Virus record (IMG/VR): IMGVR_UViG_3300020183_000049
DNA length: 64,000 nucleotides
Reading direction: 5' to 3' (one strand)
Source: an uncultured virus (IMG/VR IMGVR_UViG_3300020183_000049)
Lineage: Duplodnaviria > Heunggongvirae > Uroviricota > Caudoviricetes
In this document: one piece after another, positions 17,817 through 28,649 of the stretch
How positions within the stretch are numbered: position 1 is the first letter of the stretch
How the letters are laid out: each line of letters starts with the position of its first letter
Position numbers and translations under genes: made by a program
The notes under the pieces: model-generated
Told to the model about the DNA's origin: nothing
Database searches by the model: none
What the model saw: only the letters and a program-made list of their open reading frames with translations

Positions 17817-18547
17817 AATTTAAGCGTTTTTACCGCTGGTTTGTCGTGTTGAATTACAACCTCTTTATGTTTTGGGCCAGCACTAATGACACGATAGTCT
17901 GAATTTCTGAAAACTAAAATCAGTTTGTCATTACTGTAGACAATCCAATTGAGTCTAGGTTTGTTTAGATAAGTTTCATTCATTCCTTTAGCCAAAACCT
18001 CCCACTTTCCATCTTTTTCGGTTACACTGATTAAAGGTTTGATTTGAAAGCCTTTATTTTTAACCACGAAATCAATTCCACCTGCTTCATCTTGTGGTGA
18101 ACCTTTACAAAATACCAAAATATCGTCATCTGTGAGTCCAGATTCTTGTTTGATTTTTTCTAAAGTTTGTTTCTCTAAAGCCCAACCTTTTCGGAGGGTT
18201 CCCCATACAATATCCCTCAAGTTATTTGCCTCAATTCCTTCTTTACCAAATAGTTTTTCTTTATTATCGGTAATCCATCTGATGAAACTTCCAATTGACT
18301 TGTCTTGTTGAGTATCATCAGCCAAAAAGTAGTCAAACATTTGACTTCTCATCATATTATTGGAGTACATATAATTTAAAATAGACCACCTATCACCTTC
18401 TTCGGCTGGAAAGTCGTCATCTATAAAACCTTCACGGGTTTTACATAAAGGTTCATCTATTCTTCCGATATTATTCGGATACAACTCTTTAAGTATATCA
18501 TTGATTAAGATAGAAATGTCTTTGGAATAAATTTGTGATGGTTTCAT
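17813..18547 (-). CDS. putative PD-(D/E)xK nuclease-like protein
   Basis: GWALE...DEAGGIDFVVKNKGFQIKP. Confidence 0.5.
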   Translation of the reverse strand: MKPSQIYSKDISILINDILKELYPNNIGRIDEPLCKTREGFIDDDFPAEEGDRWSILNYMYSNNMMRSQMFDYFLADDTQQDKSIGSFIRWITDNKEKLFGKEGIEANNLRDIVWGTLRKGWALEKQTLEKIKQESGLTDDDILVFCKGSPQDEAGGIDFVVKNKGFQIKPLISVTEKDGKWEVLAKGMNETYLNKPRLNWIVYSNDKLILVFRNSDYRVISAGPKHKEVVIQHDKPAVKTLKF

Positions 18548-18620
18548 TGTTTCTTGGTTTTTTGATTGTAAATTTGATCAATTTGAAATATTTAATAAAT
18601 ATACGAAAGAAAAGTTAATT

Positions 18621-19679
18621 GTGAGTAAAAAATTAATTACTGAAAAAATGGGAGTTGCTGAACCAACCTTACCTTACATTACTATCGTTTATGAAGAACT
18701 AAAAGGTAAAACCATAGAGTTTTACAATTCCGATCTAAGTAGTTATAGTGAACAGATTATAATTACTCTTCAAGATATGTCTTTTATTTATAAAGAATAT
18801 TTTTCGTTATTTGTTAAATTTCCAGTTGAGAAATTAATTATTAATTTTACCGCAAGAAAAAAAAATCAAAAAAATCCAGAATTACTCAATGTAGGAATTA
18901 ACTACGCCACGATGGGTGCTGCTTACGATATTGGTAAACGGAATGAAAATGTATCTTACCTGAAAAAAAGTAGTTCAAGATTACCCAAATACGTTTTGGA
19001 GGATATCAAAAATAGTTTAGTTTTAAAGTCTGATTTTTATATTGAATTAGGAAATAACTTCGATGATGAACAATTAAAAAAATTACTTAAAGATTTAGAA
19101 GACACTATCTATCACGAATTTGCACATTTCTATGAATATTACAAACGTCTGGAGTCTGGATCTAGAGCTTTAGATTTTACGTTAGCCTATGTCGGTTCAA
19201 AAAATTATAATGTACCAAAATCTATATTCAAATTGTGGAATAGGTTTTTATACTTAATTTATTTTTCTGAACCTTATGAAATGAGAGCAGTAACCCAAGA
19301 GATATCCAATAAACTGAAAAGAATGTCTCTAGAGGAATTTCGAAATACACCATATGGAAAGGTAATAGAAAAAATGATGAATTTCAATGCTCAACAAGAT
19401 TATCAAGATATTGTGAATGAAATCGAAAACTATAATCCAAATTTGAAAACAAGTATCTTAACACGTTTATACAATTGGTATTTACAAGATTACTTTAAGG
19501 ACAGTTCTTTGACTGACAAACTCCCTCATAAAATTATAATGAAGTCTAAAGATATTGAGACATTGATGAAAAAATTTCAAGAAAGAATCAATAGAGCAGG
19601 AAGAGATCTCAACAAAAAAGTTTTGAGATTTTCCGCGGAATACTCCAAAGACAATTTTGGGATTGATTTGGAAAATTAA
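18621..19679 (+). CDS. HExxH zinc metallopeptidase-like protein with leader; paralog of 22729-24246
   Basis: MSKKLITEKMGV; YHEFAH; EMRA. Confidence 0.65.
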   Translation: MSKKLITEKMGVAEPTLPYITIVYEELKGKTIEFYNSDLSSYSEQIIITLQDMSFIYKEYFSLFVKFPVEKLIINFTARKKNQKNPELLNVGINYATMGAAYDIGKRNENVSYLKKSSSRLPKYVLEDIKNSLVLKSDFYIELGNNFDDEQLKKLLKDLEDTIYHEFAHFYEYYKRLESGSRALDFTLAYVGSKNYNVPKSIFKLWNRFLYLIYFSEPYEMRAVTQEISNKLKRMSLEEFRNTPYGKVIEKMMNFNAQQDYQDIVNEIENYNPNLKTSILTRLYNWYLQDYFKDSSLTDKLPHKIIMKSKDIETLMKKFQERINRAGRDLNKKVLRFSAEYSKDNFGIDLEN

Positions 19680-20389
19680 CTATTGAAGATTTTTTCAATT
19701 TTTGGTGCTGATGATGCAAGTACGGTATCTCTTCTGTCTTGCATAGATAGTTTGAACAATTTTGAAGGATTTAAAATATTTTGATTTTCAATTCTTCGAT
19801 TCAATTTATCGGCAAATTTTTTGAAAAACCCAGGACCGTTCCATGTGGCATATGCAAAATGAAATTTAAGTCTTGGGTCTGATTCAACAATTTTAAGACT
19901 TTCAGGTTTTAAATATTTTTTAGAAAATTCCATATAAGATCTTCCTAAAATTATACTCAACAAGTTTCTTAATTGTTCATTTAAAGATCCTGTTGGCATA
20001 TAATAGTGTTTCCAAATTTTTTTATTTTTATTTTGATCAACTAACCTCCAGAATTCTTTTCCTTCTGAAGTTTTGTTTAATGTACCACCATGGCGTCTAT
20101 CTAATCCAAATAAAGTTTCACCTGATCTTCCCATTTTAGGTGATCCATGCCAAGCAGGATTATAATAACCACCTTCTAATTTTTCAATAATTTTGTCCGT
20201 AACTTGTCTAAAATTTTTAAAATTTATATTTGTAGGTATATCGATCTCCTTCGTTTTGGCGGTTGATTGTTCTGTATCACCAGTCAACTTTTCTATCATT
20301 TGCACAAAAAGATCGGCCAACAAATTTTGTTCATATATCAACTGATATTGTCTTTTTAATTCTTCTTGTAAATTTTTAATTTTACTCAT
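19676..20389 (-). CDS. GH108-like lysozyme with leader
   Basis: LEGGYYNP...GETLFGL...WNGPG; leader ending LIYEQ. Confidence 0.7.
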   Translation of the reverse strand: MSKIKNLQEELKRQYQLIYEQNLLADLFVQMIEKLTGDTEQSTAKTKEIDIPTNINFKNFRQVTDKIIEKLEGGYYNPAWHGSPKMGRSGETLFGLDRRHGGTLNKTSEGKEFWRLVDQNKNKKIWKHYYMPTGSLNEQLRNLLSIILGRSYMEFSKKYLKPESLKIVESDPRLKFHFAYATWNGPGFFKKFADKLNRRIENQNILNPSKLFKLSMQDRRDTVLASSAPKIEKIFNS

Positions 20390-20409
20390 TGTGGTAAACT
20401 ATTATTTGA

Positions 20410-20847
20410 TTATTGTTTTCCAATACTTATTTTGTCTAATATTGAATTGCCCAAATTAGTCAATTGATCATTATCAAAAACATTTTTGTTTATGTAGTAC
20501 ATAATTTTATCAAAAATTTTTTGTGAATTGAATGGTCTTCCTTTTCTACCAGATTTTTGTCCATCTTTTGTAATATTAACATCTACTTTAGGTTCTAAAA
20601 CATCTGGTTCCACAATTGGGTTTTTTCGAGGTCTTCCTCGTTTACGTGGTTCTGGAGATGATATATTATCTACTGATTTTTTTGGTTCTAGAGGATTTGT
20701 CTCTTTTGTTGAGGATTGTCTTGTTAAACTACGTGATGATGGTATTTCGTAGTAAGATTTAAAGACATCTTCAGAAATTGAATTTTTTTTGATACTTAAC
20801 CATTCAACTAATTTTTGTAACTGTTGTTCATTTAATTTGATTTTCAT
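20410..20847 (-). CDS. AT-hook DNA-binding protein with leader
   Basis: PRKRGRPRK and RKGRP; MKIKLNEQQL. Confidence 0.65.
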   Translation of the reverse strand: MKIKLNEQQLQKLVEWLSIKKNSISEDVFKSYYEIPSSRSLTRQSSTKETNPLEPKKSVDNISSPEPRKRGRPRKNPIVEPDVLEPKVDVNITKDGQKSGRKGRPFNSQKIFDKIMYYINKNVFDNDQLTNLGNSILDKISIGKQ

Positions 20848-20963
20848 CTTATATTTTAACTATAAATATATTTAAATTACAAATGATTGTTTTTTTGTTT
20901 TTATTTTTTTTCCTTGCAATTGGATACGTCGGTGGTAATTGTTATCCGAGAAGTAAAAAAAAA

Positions 20964-22433
20964 TTATTTGATTTTCGTAATATTAAGTGATGGTGTCAAA
21001 GCTCCAGTGTCAATTTTGGTTTGATTCAAATCACTATCAACAAAATTCAAAATAATTTTAACTGTATTATTATCAATATTTTTTTCGACACCCTTTTTGG
21101 TTTTGATTTTATAACCACCTGAATATGGCATAAGTTGTACAATGTTGATTAATTTATTCACAGACAAAACAAAAGCCGAAAATCTAAGTAGGACCATTTT
21201 TTTTTTGTTGTTTTCTAAATAAATTGAACCATCTTGATTAATTTGTACTTTTCTACCCAAAAGTTCACCATTACTTTGTTCGGTAATAACCCTTGACGTG
21301 TGTAAGTTATTTTCTTTTAGATTATTTTTCAATATTGGATTATGTGGGATTAATACCGATACGACTTCTGGATATTCTTTATTAACAACAGATTCATTTT
21401 TTCCTTCGTATGGAATATTTTGTAACACGTATCTTATAGCGTTTAATCCAGAAACTCTCTTATCTTCAGCATCAATAATTACCCAAGGATTATTTATAGT
21501 TGAAGTTTTATCAAATAATTTTTCTTTAAACTCAGTAAATCTATCCCACAGATCTTGCATTTGAGAATCATTGGGGGAATATTTCCAATATTTCAAAGGC
21601 GATTTTTGACGAATGTCAAATCTTCTTTTTTGAGTTTCTTTTTCAATCGAAAACCACAATTTGAATAAATAATCACCACTATTGATTAAGTTGTTTTCAA
21701 ATGTTTCAACATTGTCCATAAACTCTTCATATTCCTCTAATGAACTATATCCCATGACTGGTTCAATCAATCCACGATTGTACCAACTTCTATCAAAAAG
21801 ATTAATAACACCCTTTTTTATTTCTCTTTTATATCGATCCCACCAATTTTTTTTCTCTTCTGGTGTTGGAACTCCAAGAGCTACGACATTATAATATCTT
21901 GGATCTAAATTTTGAGTAAATTTTTTAATAGTTGATCCTTTTCCTGCCGAGTCTCTTCCTTCGAATACTATGATGACAGTTTTATTTGTAATTTTTAACC
22001 ATTCTTGTAATTTTAATAATTCAATTTGTAATTCATATAATTCTTTTCTGTAAATTTTTTTTGGAATTATTGACGATTCTTCAAAATCAAAATCATAATC
22101 TTCTGGATCTGGCTCTGTACCGTAACCAGATCTTTCTCTATACTTCAATGAATTTAAAACCTTACCGAAATAATCTTCTACAGTTTTTCTTTTGTTAGAT
22201 TTTTTAGCCAGTCTTCTTACTCCTCTTTCTAATGTTGAAAAATCAATAACTTGATTTTTTGCGTATTCACTAATATCTGACAACATTCTTTCAATTGTTT
22301 GATTGTAAAGCTTCATAAATTTCAAATATTGAACAATATTATCAAAATTGGTATTAATTGATGTATTTTTATCTTCTTCTTTAATTAGACCCATAACTTG
22401 TCTAATTCTATTTAATTCATTCAATACCTGCAT
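20964..22433 (-). CDS. ppk2: polyphosphate kinase 2 with N- and C-terminal extensions
   Basis: FEGRDSAGKG, FDRSWYNR and KYWKYSPND motifs; leader LNELNRIRQVMGLIKEE. Confidence 0.93.
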   Translation of the reverse strand: MQVLNELNRIRQVMGLIKEEDKNTSINTNFDNIVQYLKFMKLYNQTIERMLSDISEYAKNQVIDFSTLERGVRRLAKKSNKRKTVEDYFGKVLNSLKYRERSGYGTEPDPEDYDFDFEESSIIPKKIYRKELYELQIELLKLQEWLKITNKTVIIVFEGRDSAGKGSTIKKFTQNLDPRYYNVVALGVPTPEEKKNWWDRYKREIKKGVINLFDRSWYNRGLIEPVMGYSSLEEYEEFMDNVETFENNLINSGDYLFKLWFSIEKETQKRRFDIRQKSPLKYWKYSPNDSQMQDLWDRFTEFKEKLFDKTSTINNPWVIIDAEDKRVSGLNAIRYVLQNIPYEGKNESVVNKEYPEVVSVLIPHNPILKNNLKENNLHTSRVITEQSNGELLGRKVQINQDGSIYLENNKKKMVLLRFSAFVLSVNKLINIVQLMPYSGGYKIKTKKGVEKNIDNNTVKIILNFVDSDLNQTKIDTGALTPSLNITKIK

Positions 22434-22457
22434 TATTATAAATATTCTTAAAATGAA

Positions 22458-22483
22458 AAAACCCGCCTGGTTAGACGGGTTTT
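22458..22483. terminator. intrinsic terminator
   Basis: AAAACCCG/CGGGTTTT hairpin. Confidence 0.7.
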
Positions 22484-22502
22484 CTTATTCTGTGGTTTTG
22501 TA

Positions 22503-22673
22503 TTACTTTTTTTTATCGAATACTGACCAAATAGTTCCGACAAAAGTAATTACAGCACCTGTAATTTCTTGAACCATTGCTTCATCAACAAGTCCTTTCA
22601 TAAGTAAAAGACCACCAACAAATGTAAGACCATGACGAACGATCCCCATTAATTGCTCTTTTGATAATTTCAT
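22503..22673 (-). CDS. small two-TM holin-like protein
   Basis: GIVRHGLTFVGG...GTIWSVFDKKK; start adjusted to ATG 22673. Confidence 0.65.
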   Translation of the reverse strand: MKLSKEQLMGIVRHGLTFVGGLLLMKGLVDEAMVQEITGAVITFVGTIWSVFDKKK

Positions 22674-22728
22674 ATTTTTCTGGTTTAATGGATTATGATT
22701 TGTAAGCGCTAACAATCAATTATAAATA

Positions 22729-24246
22729 TCATTGGATTGGAAAAAACTCCCATCCTTTGAACCCATAAATAACTCCGTATTCATCAACCATTATTTTCAT
22801 TTTTTCAGCTAGTTGTTTGGCTTCATCGTCATTTTTTAAACGTTTTGAGGAGGTTTCTCCTTCAGTGGTGTTCTTAATTCTTTTAACCACATAATAGTGA
22901 CCCTCGACTGGATTTCCGTCAATCTGACGAAGACTAAAGTACTTTTCGTTAGGCTCCGATGTATGAGTTTCAAAAATATCCCATCCTTGTTTTCTTGCCT
23001 CATTTCGATTGTTTTCTCGAAACCACTCAACGAATTTTCTAACTTCGTCAAAATCATAGAAAATTTTTTCAAAATCACCTAGTTTACCATCTTTAGTAAC
23101 AAATGAATTTTCAAAAATGTTACCATTTTTAAACATTCCATAAAGCTCAGGATCCACAATAGATTCTTTCATTGGTTGCTCTCCGATATAATCGTAAAGT
23201 TTTGCTATTTTTTTCATCATCTTAGTTGATACAAATTTAAACAAATTTTCAGTTTTGTCCAAAAATTTATCAGGGTCTGACATAATTTTATCAAGTTTAT
23301 TTTTTACAAATTTTTTCAGCCAACCAAGTTTTTTACCTGAGAAACCAAATAAATTTTCTAGCCGATTAGTAGATATGAGATAATGAAAAAGTTCGATATT
23401 ACGATTTCTGTATGTTTTGATCCAAAGTTTAATCATATTTTCTACAATCTCATCGTCACTTTGATTTTCATCAAAATCAACATTATTTTCTTCGAAAATC
23501 TCTTTTATATCATCAATATAATTGTGTAAACTATTTTTGAAATTTTCTTTTGAAAATTGAAATATTCTACTCAATTCTTTATATGTTTCGTTAGATGTGA
23601 GAAAATTTAAAAACTGACGTTTGTCGATATCATTTAAAATCATTTCTGTCGCAATTTGTGATGGTCTTACAAGTGATTCAATATTTGCAACATAATATAA
23701 ATCGAAAGCTAATTGTCTAAGTGGTGGTAAGGATCCTATCATTTTTTTTGCTGCTTGATAATTGACCAACACTCGAAGATTTGCTTTTTTTGATTTGAAT
23801 TCATCATATTGGTGTTTTAATTCGTGAGCAATTGATGAGATACTTTCTTTGTAATTTTCGAATAAAAATATTTTCAAATCTTCAACATTCCAATTTTCTG
23901 GAACAACCAAATCAAACTGTAACTTTACGGTACCTGTGAATTCATGATAAATAAATTCTGGTTTTTCATCATCAGTTTCTGATTTTAAACTGCTGTGGTG
24001 TGACCAACCCATTATTTTTGGAGCCTTGCCCTCATTTGTTTCGGTAATTTCAACTTTCAATTTAATTTCTTTTATAGTAAGATCTTCAATTTGTACTGGT
24101 GGATTCAAATTATAGTCTATTTGATAGTCAGTCATTGATTCGTCCAATTCATCAATAAAATTTTTGATAAATTCTTCGTATACAGTAACCGCAGCTTGGT
24201 AAATACCACTAGGAACTCCTAATCTTTCTGAGATTAATTTTTTCAT
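22729..24246 (-). CDS. HExxH zinc metallopeptidase-like protein with leader
   Basis: MKKLISERLGV; AHELKH; extra C-terminal domain. Confidence 0.65.
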   Translation of the reverse strand: MKKLISERLGVPSGIYQAAVTVYEEFIKNFIDELDESMTDYQIDYNLNPPVQIEDLTIKEIKLKVEITETNEGKAPKIMGWSHHSSLKSETDDEKPEFIYHEFTGTVKLQFDLVVPENWNVEDLKIFLFENYKESISSIAHELKHQYDEFKSKKANLRVLVNYQAAKKMIGSLPPLRQLAFDLYYVANIESLVRPSQIATEMILNDIDKRQFLNFLTSNETYKELSRIFQFSKENFKNSLHNYIDDIKEIFEENNVDFDENQSDDEIVENMIKLWIKTYRNRNIELFHYLISTNRLENLFGFSGKKLGWLKKFVKNKLDKIMSDPDKFLDKTENLFKFVSTKMMKKIAKLYDYIGEQPMKESIVDPELYGMFKNGNIFENSFVTKDGKLGDFEKIFYDFDEVRKFVEWFRENNRNEARKQGWDIFETHTSEPNEKYFSLRQIDGNPVEGHYYVVKRIKNTTEGETSSKRLKNDDEAKQLAEKMKIMVDEYGVIYGFKGWEFFPIQ

Positions 24247-24314
24247 AGATTATAAATAGTTTTTATTGAAAAATTTGACTTTATACTTTTTATTTCTATT
24301 TTTGAAATAAAAAA

Positions 24315-24992
24315 ATGAAAAAATATTTAATAACATTAATTCTGATTTTCTTAAGTTATAATGTAATATCTGGTATTGCTGGATACCGACTAACAAGATC
24401 ATCTGATTTTGATATCAAAGGTATTGATATCTCACATCATAATAAAATTTATAACTTCAAAAAAATAGATAAAGACATAAAATTTTGTATAATTAAAGCT
24501 ACAGAAGGAAAATCGTTTATCGATCCCAAATTCGAATACAATTGGATACAAAGTAAAAAAAATAAATTGGTTCGTGGTGCTTATCACTATTATTCCCCTA
24601 AAGTTTCACCACATAAACAATTTGATAATTTTAAAAAAGTTGTCAAATTATCAAAGGGGGACTTACCACCATTTTTAGATGTTGAGGAATCAAACATTGA
24701 TGTTGAAGATTTAAACACTTGGATTAATCTATGTAAAATACACTACGGTGTAGAACCAATTGTATATTGTAATTATCTATTTTTTAAAAAATATTTGGAT
24801 AAAAGACTAATGAAATGTCCACTTTGGATTATGTCCCCAAAAACTATTTATTTAACCCCACATTTTACAGATTATAAATGTTTATTTTGGCAGTATTGTT
24901 GGACTGGAAAAATAAATGGAATACGTGGAGATGTGGATTTAAATAGTTTTCTAGGCTCAAAAGCAGAATTTGAAAACATTCTAATAAAATAA
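24315..24992 (+). CDS. GH25 lysozyme/muramidase
   Basis: GIDISHH, IKATEG, GAYHY, LDVE, WQY, VDLN motifs; host-type promoter at 24274-24304. Confidence 0.92.
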   Translation: MKKYLITLILIFLSYNVISGIAGYRLTRSSDFDIKGIDISHHNKIYNFKKIDKDIKFCIIKATEGKSFIDPKFEYNWIQSKKNKLVRGAYHYYSPKVSPHKQFDNFKKVVKLSKGDLPPFLDVEESNIDVEDLNTWINLCKIHYGVEPIVYCNYLFFKKYLDKRLMKCPLWIMSPKTIYLTPHFTDYKCLFWQYCWTGKINGIRGDVDLNSFLGSKAEFENILIK

Positions 24993-24998
24993 AAAAAT

Positions 24999-25955
24999 TT
25001 ATTTTTTAAGATACGGTATGATCTTTGATAATTCGCGATACACCTCTTCAAAAGGATAATCTAAATACCAATATGTTCTTCCATATTTACCCTCAAAACT
25101 CGGAACATAGTTTAGGAGTTTTTGGTCTTTAAATATTGTGTATCCCCCTTCAGTATCTCTGTCTTTACAAGGCCCAGCAAGAAATTCAGGTGCAGAGGAT
25201 TTACACCATTTATGATTAACTCTATTTATATTTGAATTATGTGCTGCTATTATCATGGTATTGATTGCTTGACCACCAATACCCCGTTCTTGGTAATATC
25301 CTTTTTTTTTATCTCTCTTTGTAACTTTTTCTCCTGTATAATTAATTTTTAATGCATTGTAATATTGTGTAACTAAGTTATAAGTTTCTATTAATTCACC
25401 TAAAAAACCAGATTTATAGTTGTCCCAATTTAAATTATGTTGTTTAGCTGTAGAGGGTTTTATTTGTGCAATACCTTGCGAATAATCCCCACTATCCGCC
25501 CAAGGAGTTAGTTCACCTAGGTTTTGCAACCTGAATTTATTCCAGAAATTTCCAAAACCAGTTTCCCTATTAAATAGTATTAACGTCATAATTAATAAAT
25601 TTGCATCAAAGTTTGTATTTTTTTGTGCCCAATCGTAAATAATTTGAGCAGGAATAAGACTACCACCGGGTCTTACGTCGTACCCATACTGAAAATTCGA
25701 TGCCTTATCCAAAATAGTGGCAATTTTTGTTATAGTATCCGATTTGGACTGAGCTATTGCTACCTGTTCTTGACTTTTTCTCCGAGCATCTAGAGCACTT
25801 GGACTTGAATTTTGATAATTATCCATACCTTGATAACTTCGATATCTTGGGTAGTTCCGATAATCTGACATCGGCATTGTTGTTTGTTCAAATATTACTC
25901 TATTAATAATTTTCAGTAAATCTGATTCGGTTAATTTTATTATTTTCTTTTTCAT
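24999..25955 (-). CDS. lysozyme-fold/transglycosylase-like protein with LTESDL leader
   Basis: RETGFG...SQGIAQIK...AAHN. Confidence 0.6.
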   Translation of the reverse strand: MKKKIIKLTESDLLKIINRVIFEQTTMPMSDYRNYPRYRSYQGMDNYQNSSPSALDARRKSQEQVAIAQSKSDTITKIATILDKASNFQYGYDVRPGGSLIPAQIIYDWAQKNTNFDANLLIMTLILFNRETGFGNFWNKFRLQNLGELTPWADSGDYSQGIAQIKPSTAKQHNLNWDNYKSGFLGELIETYNLVTQYYNALKINYTGEKVTKRDKKKGYYQERGIGGQAINTMIIAAHNSNINRVNHKWCKSSAPEFLAGPCKDRDTEGGYTIFKDQKLLNYVPSFEGKYGRTYWYLDYPFEEVYRELSKIIPYLKK

Positions 25956-25959
25956 TTTT

Positions 25960-26976
25960 TTAATAGAGAGTAAATTTGCTGTTATTACCACCAATCAAAT
26001 CTAAACACCCAAAGTTATTCATATGTTTAACAACACCTTCTAAATAACCAAGCGAAGTGTGAGAAGGAGTTGTTATTGAGGCTGTTTTATTTGGAAAATA
26101 ATTTGGAAGAATATTACTAGTGACCTGTAATTTTCCTGGAAATTTTTTTAACTCATCAGGGACATTTTTACTTTGCATGAGTTTTGATCGAGAGGCCCAA
26201 GTATTGAAACTTTTCTCAGATTGGAAAGGGCTCCATGTTGTTTGACCTATTGTTGTTGCATATAATGGATGTGAAGTTTGGGCATACTTATTAATAATTT
26301 CATCTCCGAAATTGTGACCTACAATAGCCAAATCCAATGCATTATTGCCAGTACCATCAACACTTTTGATTATACCATATTTAAGTAAAATTTGATTGGT
26401 TGAAGGTTCGTTTTTTAGTCCTTTTTGCAATGCCAGATCATATCTTTTTTTTAGACCGTATAAAACGGCAAGTCCTTGTTGGGTAGTATTAAATGATGTG
26501 TTATAATCACCAAGTTCAGCGTTCAAATTGTTTCGTTCCCAGTAATCTTTGGTTATTTGACCCATACCCAAACTTTGTTGTCTACCATCATAAAATTTTT
26601 TTAAAAGATAATCTACTGTATTACCAAAACCAAGTCTTCGTGCCAGTTCTGCATAAGTATCAGGTCGCTCAGTATAAGTTCCAAAGGTGGACTCTCTACC
26701 CAAGATTCCAACACTAGCTTTAGTTAATAAGATTAATGTATTAAGATCTATATTCAATTTTTCTTGTAATTCCTGTGAATGTTGATCAATAAAAGCAACA
26801 AAGGACAAAACTTGTTTTGGAGTGCATGGGAATTTTTGTCCGTATATTACTTGTGGTTGACGATTTGAATTTTGATAATTATCCAGACCTTGATAGGGTT
26901 GATTTGTTTGTTCAAATATTACTCTATTGATAATTTTCCGTAAATCTGATTCGGTTAATTTTATTATTTTTTTCAT
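25960..26976 (-). CDS. lysozyme-fold/transglycosylase-like protein with LTESDL leader
   Basis: RESTFG...SLGMGQI...VGHN; paralog of its neighbour. Confidence 0.6.
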   Translation of the reverse strand: MKKIIKLTESDLRKIINRVIFEQTNQPYQGLDNYQNSNRQPQVIYGQKFPCTPKQVLSFVAFIDQHSQELQEKLNIDLNTLILLTKASVGILGRESTFGTYTERPDTYAELARRLGFGNTVDYLLKKFYDGRQQSLGMGQITKDYWERNNLNAELGDYNTSFNTTQQGLAVLYGLKKRYDLALQKGLKNEPSTNQILLKYGIIKSVDGTGNNALDLAIVGHNFGDEIINKYAQTSHPLYATTIGQTTWSPFQSEKSFNTWASRSKLMQSKNVPDELKKFPGKLQVTSNILPNYFPNKTASITTPSHTSLGYLEGVVKHMNNFGCLDLIGGNNSKFTLY

Positions 26977-27013
26977 ACACAGATTTTTTTTTATATTTCA
27001 ACGTCCTTGGTGT

Positions 27014-28015
27014 TTATACACTCCCCCGTTTTACCCATACTATTTTGTATTTACTCGCAGGGTCAGCTAATTCTTCACCATTAATTGAATGAAATATTAT
27101 AGGCTTATTATCCACCATAGCACCAACAATACCTGTGTGTGTATTAAATGTTGGTTTCCCCTCTACGTCGGTTCCAACATCAACACCCTGTTTAAGTGCT
27201 TTTTCATAATGTTTACTAGGCTCATAAAATATACCAACTCTATCACCTAGTTGTAAAGTACCAGTAAAACCATTGAGACTATTAACAAGTGCTCTTATTT
27301 CTTGGTTTTCTTTAGTATCTTCATTGTCTTTTACACCTCTTCTTTCTATTCTAGCTAAAATGTCTTTATACGAGTTTGGATTTACATTATCGAAAGCTGA
27401 CCATATTCTGTTACCTACCCCATAGTGATATGACATCCAAGCGCTTGAACTAACGTATTTGCTCGAAATCTTATTGACGAAACTGGCGCACCCGTCGTGT
27501 GCAATATTTGGTAATTTTTTGTTCTCAAGGTTTTTTGCAGTTATTTGGTCACTATATGCTGGTGTTAATCCAGGCCACAATTTAATTGTTTTTGTTTGTT
27601 TTGAGGGTGAAGGTGGAACCGTTGGTGATTTTATAGGTTGTTTATCTCGAATAGTATAACCCCTTTTCAATTTACCCTGTTGTTCATCGGTCAATGGATC
27701 AACGCCCAAAGCTTTCGCGGTCTCTGGTCCGACAATACCATCAGGTACTAGGGGTTTATTATCGAGTTGGAATTTTCTAACAGCAGCTCTTGTTTTTTTA
27801 CCATATACACCATCAACTACTAGGGCGCGAATAACTCCTACATACAAATCATTGAGTTTATCCTGAATTTTTTCAATCGTAGTTAATTGTTTTTTATACC
27901 GTTGAGCCAATATAGCTCCTACATCTGGATTTGGTTCGCGTTCATATTGTTCAGATATTACTCTATCAATAATTTTAAATAAATCAGACTCATTTAATTT
28001 AATAATTTTTCTCAT
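27014..28015 (-). CDS. peptidoglycan-binding plus NlpC/P60-CHAP-like amidase with leader
   Basis: VDGVYGKKTRAAVRKFQ...DGIVGPET; GCASFV and HTGIV catalytic motifs. Confidence 0.75.
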   Translation of the reverse strand: MRKIIKLNESDLFKIIDRVISEQYEREPNPDVGAILAQRYKKQLTTIEKIQDKLNDLYVGVIRALVVDGVYGKKTRAAVRKFQLDNKPLVPDGIVGPETAKALGVDPLTDEQQGKLKRGYTIRDKQPIKSPTVPPSPSKQTKTIKLWPGLTPAYSDQITAKNLENKKLPNIAHDGCASFVNKISSKYVSSSAWMSYHYGVGNRIWSAFDNVNPNSYKDILARIERRGVKDNEDTKENQEIRALVNSLNGFTGTLQLGDRVGIFYEPSKHYEKALKQGVDVGTDVEGKPTFNTHTGIVGAMVDNKPIIFHSINGEELADPASKYKIVWVKRGSV

Positions 28016-28185
28016 AACGAATATTTTAGTTTATAAATATTTGTATTTATTAATTATTACATTTATAAATATAATTAAACTTGAATATATGATTAAAAAA
28101 ATTTCAAAAATTAAAAAATTAATTCAGTTTGGTAAATGAATATTGATTATTTTGTCGTATATTTGCTATACAAACAACAAAAACT

Positions 28186-28641
28186 ATGGACATTAGACAA
28201 GTAAAACGGATGGCGGTTGATTTGATGAACAAACATGGGTTATTGACTCAAGGTTGGAGTTTTAAGTTTGACAACGCTAAGGTTAGGTTTGGTTCTTGTA
28301 ACTACACCTACAAGGAAATCACTCTCTCACGACCACTCTGTGTTCTAAACTCAGAGGAACAGATCTTAGACACCATTCTTCATGAAATCGCTCACGCCCT
28401 TTGTCCTGGACAAAACCACAACAAGGTATGGCAAAGGAAGGCTATCGAAATTGGTTGTTCTGGTAATCGTTGCTACTCTAGTAGTGTGATTCAACCAAAA
28501 CTCAAATACTCCGCGGTTTGTAATGGTTGTAAATCCGAATACAGTAAGAGCCGTGTTACTTGTCGAAGTTGTTCTTGTAGAAAATGTTCAGGTGGTAAGT
28601 ACAACCCAAACTTCAAACTAGTTTTCCAAGCTAATTACTAG
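28186..28641 (+). CDS. SprT-like zinc metalloprotease
   Basis: LHEIAH...HNKVW, C-terminal Zn ribbon; promoter TATATTTG at 28158. Confidence 0.9.
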   Translation: MDIRQVKRMAVDLMNKHGLLTQGWSFKFDNAKVRFGSCNYTYKEITLSRPLCVLNSEEQILDTILHEIAHALCPGQNHNKVWQRKAIEIGCSGNRCYSSSVIQPKLKYSAVCNGCKSEYSKSRVTCRSCSCRKCSGGKYNPNFKLVFQANY

Positions 28642-28649
28642 ATTTGATT

